DNA of 64,000 bases, from contig DF237185.1 of the NCBI GenBank assembly GCA_000708835.1, positions 6,024 to 70,023 on the forward strand. The letters are read 5' to 3'. How positions within the stretch are numbered: position 1 is the first letter of the stretch; each line of letters starts with the position of its first letter. The stretch comes from Klebsormidium nitens. Taxonomy: Eukaryota > Plantae > Klebsormidiophyceae. The position numbers and the translations under genes were made by a program. The notes beneath the pieces were generated by a model that saw only the letters and a program-made list of their open reading frames with translations, searched no databases and was not told the DNA's origin. Below are positions 58,301-64,000 of this stretch, piece after piece.

Positions 58301-61300
58301 TGTAATTGGGAACAACAGTACGCAGGGTTCTAGAGCTGGGCGTGTACCGTAGAAATTCCCTTGCTGTCAGGAACCTGGAGTTTATTATCGTCGGAACTGA
58401 TATCGAAGCGGCTTACAGTTATCAGAAGGTTTTCGCTTTGCATCAACTTCAACTTCAGGATCGGATTTCTTGATGCTATTTGTGCCGTGTGGCGGGCCAC
58501 AAATGTTTTCGCAGCATCGAGTGGCTAACTGAATCTGCAACTCCTTTTCATTAAAGGTTCAAGTGAAGGCACACCACACAAAAACAAAGCTCCCCGTGTC
58601 TGAACGACCGTCCTAAATGATAGGTTGCGTCGATCGTACCTGCTGACGTGAAGGGCGGGAAGACGACCCCCGACACGTCGAAGCTCACAAGGCTCGAGTC
58701 TGTAACGACCGGGGGTGGAGCCGGGGGGGGTGATGAAGGAGGAGGGGAATATGGCGGGGGCGGGTTTCTGAGGGGGGGGAGGTTTGGTGGAGGAAAGGCT
58801 GGGGGAGGGGGTAATTCGGCGGAGGGGAGACGAGGGGGGGATAAAGGTGGGGCGCCCGGGGGGGGTTTGGAGGGAGGAGGTGGGTTCGGGGGTGGCGGCG
58901 GGTTTGGTGGAGGGAANNNNNNNNNNNNNNNNNNNNNNNNNNNNNNNNNNNNNNNNNNNNNNNNNNNNNNNNNNNNNNNNNNNNNNNNNNNNNNNNNNNN
59001 NNNNNNNNNNNNNNNNNNNNNNNNNNNNNNNNNNNNNNNNNNNNNNNNNNNNNNNNNNNNNNNNNNNNNNNNNNNNNNNNNNNNNNNNNNNNNNNNNNNN
59101 NNNNNNNNNNNNNNNNNNNNNNNNNNNNNNNNNNNNNNNNNNNNNNNNNNNNNNNNNNNNNNNNNNNNNNNNNNNNNNNNNNNNNNNNNNNNNNNNNNNN
59201 NNNNNNNNNNNNNNNNNNNNNNNNNNNNNNNNNNNNNNNNNNNNNNNNNNNNNNNNNNNNNNNNNNNNNNNNNNNNNNNNNNNNNNNNNNNNNNNNNNNN
59301 NNNNNNNNNNNNNNNNNNNNNNNNNNNNNNNNNNNNNNNNNNNNNNNNNNNNNNNNNNNNNNNNNNNNNNNNNNNNNNNNNNNNNNNNNNNNNNNNNNNN
59401 NNNNNNNNNNNNNNNNNNNNNNNNNNNNNNNNNNNNNNNNNNNNNNNNNNNNNNNNNNNNNNNNNNNNNNNNNNNNNNNNNNNNNNNNNNNNNNNNNNNN
59501 NNNNNNNNNNNNNNNNNNNNNNNNNNNNNNNNNNNNNNNNNNNNNNNNNNNNNNNNNNNNNNNNNNNNNNNNNNNNNNNNNNNNNNNNNNNNNNNNNNNN
59601 NNNNNNNNNNNNNNNNNNNNNNNNNNNNNNNNNNNNNNNNNNNNNNNNNNNNNNNNNNNNNNNNNNNNNNNNNNNNNTGGCGGAGGGTTCGGAGGTGGAT
59701 TCGGGGGAGGGTTTGATGGGGGGGTTTGGGGGAGGGTTAGGCGGTGGATTTGGAGGCGGTGGGTTTGGCGGAGGGTTCGGTGGCGGGTTGGGGGGTGGGG
59801 TGCGGGCGGGGGCGTGGCGGCGGCGGGCCTGTGCAGACAATGTCGGCATAAGTACACTAACAAGGCGGGGCATTTAGCAAGCAGTTGCTTTAATAGCTAG
59901 GATAGGGGCGAATGACTTCGTATCATCAGTCTGAGCGCGTTGATACAAAGGTGTTTGGGTCGAGGTTGGTGCCAGAAAGGCTCTCCTGCTGCCGTGATGA
60001 CTCGAAGGTTGAGAGGTGCAGTGATCCTTCAAAACCTGTGACGATCTGACGCCAGGGCTGCACATGACAATGAAAACTCGGAATATATACAACAATACCG
60101 ACTCTTCTTGCTTCCGTAAATCACAACCTCTGAAGTCTTTGGTCCTTTCCGTGTAGCATCGTCGGCAATGAGAAACAAACCATGATGGTTGCATGGTGTG
60201 TAGGCTATCCCGGAGGAGTCTTACAACCCTACGCTCACAGCCTTCTCTAGTTGGTGGCCACGAAACCATTTTCACGTTTAGCCTCTCAAAAACCTACAGT
60301 CGACTCTCACGGATTCGCTTTTTCTCGGAGCTCCGTGTGGTGCAATGACATTGCTAGCATTTGCGGCCCGCAGAACTCGCGAGGCCCGGAACGAGCTAGT
60401 ACGTCGGATAATCATTTACTTGGAGATCAACTAGTGCAACCTTGGAAACACCCGTGAGGGGGCCAACCGGTCGTGGTGTGATGACACCTGAGAAGGACTT
60501 ACTGTACAGCTGTCGTATCGACACGTCGTCGACGGTCAATCCCGCCGACCCAGACGTGTTTGACGTCAAGTAAACGGCCGTTCGAGCTGACGTCGCTTGG
60601 AACGTAAACGTGAATCGACTCCAAGCCGTCCCCTGCGTGCTTCCATTGATAGAGTACTGATCGTTGCCCAATCCCCGGGAGTCGGACAAGAGGACCGACT
60701 CCCCCGAAATGTCAAACAGGTTGACCGTCGCTGTCTTTACGTCGGGGCCCCCGCTGGTGTCAATCCCAAGCCAAAAGGAGACGGTGTATGTCGCGGCGCT
60801 TATGGTAGTAAGGTTTTGCTGCACCAAGCGCATAATCAGTCAGTAGCGGCTTGGAAACGATGTCAGGCTAAACGGAAGCATTGCGCATTAGTCACGGGAC
60901 CAACTTTCATCCCGAAGGAGAAGCTGAGAGGGTTTCGGGTACGCAGAGATCCAAGAAATGTTTGGAGTTCTCATGGCGGTCAATGCTCGATCAGTAAGTC
61001 TGACTTGAAAAGTAGAGCGAACGTTTCAGAGTTCGCTCACCGTCAGTTGCCCTGGGGAACCGCCATTCAGTGCAATATACTGCTTTCCCAAGTGTGCGAC
61101 CGGGACCTGTGTGATACCGTTTCTGAGCTGGATGTTGCTCTGAGTGACGACCCACCCCAAGCCAGTCGCACCCGCGTTTCCGGTGTAACTCGAGTTGGCC
61201 GCGATCGCGGGGGTCTCGAAGCCACCGTTCACAACGAGCTCTGCGCGAAAGGCCAACAAGAACGCTGATTATACATGAAAAAAATCATAAAACTTTCGAT

Positions 61301-62001
61301 TCGTTTTCCCTCGCTTTTTTCAGTGCAAGTTCTACCGCATGGTACCAACGCTCAGAGCCGCTGTTTGAGACGAGGTCTGTGCGCGCGTAAGCAGGTCAAG
61401 TCAAGCGCAGTTGAAGGTGAAATTTCAATCGCTTGCTTTTGAAAATGCCCTTTGCGTGGAAGGGGGTTGGGACAGCCAATCAAACTCGATTTTTAGGACG
61501 TCTATCCAGGAACACGCAGATTGTCTGGTCCAGAGTGTGGATTTCTTGGCCCAGTCGCACCTCCGCACAAAAAAAAGTTGTCCAAATTTTGGCCAGCCCC
61601 CATTCAAAATCAGGATCATTACCGGCGCGACCAGTGTGTAGAAGCATCAGCCAAGAGGGTCGTCCACTGGAAGATGCATTCCTGGCCACCTGTTCTGGCG
61701 CTCCTTGACTCCAAAGAGGACCCAATGGAACCGGCAATATTGTTCAGAAACGGTATACTAAAAGCTAGTATCACAGACCGGCTCTGTTTCCTACAAATTG
61801 AATCCCATCGGTTATGGGTCAGAAATGCAACACAAAGTGGTGTTCATACCTATGCTGAACACGCTGACCTTGAATTGTTGACACAGAATAAACTGATCAC
61901 TCACCGGGGCCTTGAGCAGCTGCAAATGGTGTCAGGTACAGTAGCACCGCAATGCAGCCCCATCGGAGCCATGTGATCTGCCGGACTCCGGACGCCCACA
62001 T
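46342..62001 (-). CDS. Giant multi-pass membrane protein: signal peptide, DUF642/galactose-binding-like domain, Pro-rich stalk, cadherin-like beta-sandwiches, Cys-containing Ig-like repeats, TRP/PKD2-like TM region, long basic tail
   Basis: Exon 62001-61905 (MWASGVRQITWLRWGCIAVLLYLTPFAAAQGP) splices in phase to 61240-61041 (ELVVNGGFE) and 60818-about 60440. Then come the PPPN-rich exon across the gap, about 57850-57670, 57160-56130, 55450-55270, 54950-54297 and 53660-51955, hydrophobic exons at about 51580-49020, and a last long exon ending at 46342. Some internal junctions are approximate. Confidence 0.8.
49428..49612. mobile_element. Small inverted-repeat element sharing the G-rich core of 45630-45827, in an intron
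   Basis: Inverted pairs GATTCCGA/TCGGAATC and TAGTGAACA/TGTTCACTA. The core GGTGGTTAGGGTGGGT..GGGTGCGGAGCGGGTGAT matches about 45704-45742. Confidence 0.5.
58917..59677. other. Assembly gap within the proline-rich coding repeat
   Basis: N run flanked on both sides by G-rich sequence encoding PPPN repeats on the minus strand. Confidence 1.
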
Positions 62002-64000
62002 GCCTGGTCCGTGCGGCGCCGTACATCACCGGACGGTTCGTTCGACTTTCATGGTTTCTGACTGTCCGCTGCTGGCTTCCTCTCAACGGCTTTGTTCAGA
62101 CTTTTGAGCTTTCACTTTCAGAGGTCCGCTTATGTCTGTAGTTCGCGAAAGGCGCTTCGAGTTATGAGTGTATGCTTGAGCACAGCGATGCAGCTCCCAT
62201 TCACGAACTGAGGGCTGCATTTAATTTGGAATGTATCAAAGCACATGTCCGAAATTGCAGCTGGCAACCGCTGACATTGACGCTTGGCTATGACGTGACA
62301 TTACACTGAGCGCCCCGTCTTATGACAAGCTCAGATTGAGCTGAACCTGTTCCTTAGCTGCTACATATGTTTGGCACTTCCTCTGCCGAAGGGTTTGCAC
62401 ATTCAATATAGAGAGCATATACGACTTTTTCCTTTAGGGCTTACCTAAAGCCAGCTGCAGCTCACGGGCTGCCCTGAATTTGTCGACCAGTCCTATCGCT
62501 GTAGAATACAAGCAGTGACGCCATTTTTGACACAGCTCGGCTTCCCACTTCAAAGATTGGACAGGTGGTGCATGTAAGGAGCAGAGATGATTGCTAAGCC
62601 TCCTCCAGGAAGCTTGCAGCGCTCATGCCAGGATGTGGGCTGATTGTCTCTTGAAATCTTGGTTCTTCAGATCCTCCAAAACTTGAACTTCATGCTGAAG
62701 CACTTTTGAAGTCATCAGATGCTCAGTCCCAGGCGGTGCTACATAACCTGCACCAGGTAACTTTGACTGCAGTTAATGCTATTATTTACCTAGTGCTATT
62801 ATTGGTGCACGAAGCTTCAGCCTTCAGGTTTGACATAGCCAGACTGAGTAACGCCGGATTCTTTCTCACATTCATGCATGCAATTTAACAGAATCCAGGG
62901 CCAGTGAGCTCAGCGTCAGCACGTATGTACGGGTGTACGGTATTGTAATGATTTGTAAGTCATCGAAGTATCTCCGTCGATATCAAAATCTATTCGAATT
63001 GACCGTCCGATTGCAACTACCAGCTGATTCAATGGGTATATTTGTAGAAGCAAATATTTTCAGGTTCCAACTTGAACCAGCATAATCTTACCTACTTCTC
63101 CGATTCTTGCTCGGGGCCGCAAACAAATTATACATAAAACCCGAAAATAGCACCTTAGGACAGGTTCCCACCTAATAAACCCCAGACTAACCCTACCTGT
63201 CTCCCGGGCATCTCTGTTAATTAAGTAACATGTACCTAATCAAGAGCTGTACTTCCAACCTAGGTTCAGTATACGGTAGCGAAATAGTACCTAGCTCATG
63301 AAGTACCTAGGTAGCTCCCCCGTAGCTCCTTAAAATCTTGCAAGTACCAAAAGCTTTTGCGCTTTCCTCACGGAAGCACACGAGCGCTGTTGCCACTGAA
63401 GGATGGTCCCGCCAAAAATCCACACCGATTCAGCCTAGAGTACCTCTGCCACTGGAATACAAAGTCAAAGGAGCAGTCGGGAAAATCAGCAAAGGAAAGT
63501 TTGAGAGGAGGTGAAGCGTTAGCTGCGCAGTGGCAACGTCATCTTTAACTTTATTTGCGCCACTGAGCTTTGATCCTCAGGAGTGACATACAGCTAGCAC
63601 ACAGCTAGTAGGACAAGTGCATGAGCTTGTCTGCACGGGTTAACAACTTCAAACAAGCAGATCGACTCAAGAAGCTTGGAGAACGAGTCTGCAGTTGGTA
63701 ACCCTAAAAGGCTGGTCAGCATGTCTCAGCTAGCAGCAGAAGCGAATCTGAACGAGGTCATCCCCCCGAGCATGGCTGGTAGGTTAATAAATGCAGAATT
63801 TGCTCATTTTGATGTCACCATTTCATGGTCTAGGCTACACAGCTGTGCAACGAATGCGTGGCAGAATGTACTTGGCTAGGGAGAATTCTGTGCACCGGCG
63901 GCTGTTTCTGAGCGGCGTCTGTTTGCTGCCAGACCTATTAGAGAGACTGGTCAAGAAACGGTAGAGGAGGGGAGCTGGGCCTCTGTGAATGCAATTGAGA

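Noticed and set aside
58648-59877. Gly-rich plus-strand ORFs
   Set aside because: Antisense of the proline-rich exon, extended artificially through the N gap.

Overview
Eukaryotic, intron-rich (GT-AG) DNA. Gene content and intron style fit a streptophyte alga such as Klebsormidium (inference only). The window has two parts. (1) About 1-16.2 kb is a virus-like or mobile region. It holds an intronless Prim-Pol + zinc-finger + D5-type primase-helicase (runs off the left edge and is missing from the ORF track), two tandem tyrosine recombinase genes each paired with an unknown ORF, and a small viral-type ORF. It also holds a second homologous primase-helicase split by five canonical introns and two frameshifts, and a palindrome-plus-direct-repeat module present twice about 10.3 kb apart. 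No capsid or packaging gene is visible. (2) About 16.2-64 kb is host genes that I reassembled by hand from splice sites: an orphan 3-exon gene, a UPF1-like helicase remnant, a secreted FAS1 + EGF + novel six-cysteine-repeat protein, a GH3 acyl-acid amido synthetase with an apparent frameshift, an NmrA-like protein, and a giant multi-pass membrane protein (DUF642-like, proline-rich, cadherin-like and bacterial-type Ig repeats). Several introns contain tandem decayed copies of neighbouring exon edges, and there are small inverted-repeat elements. All protein family calls come from motif recognition by eye, not from database searches.
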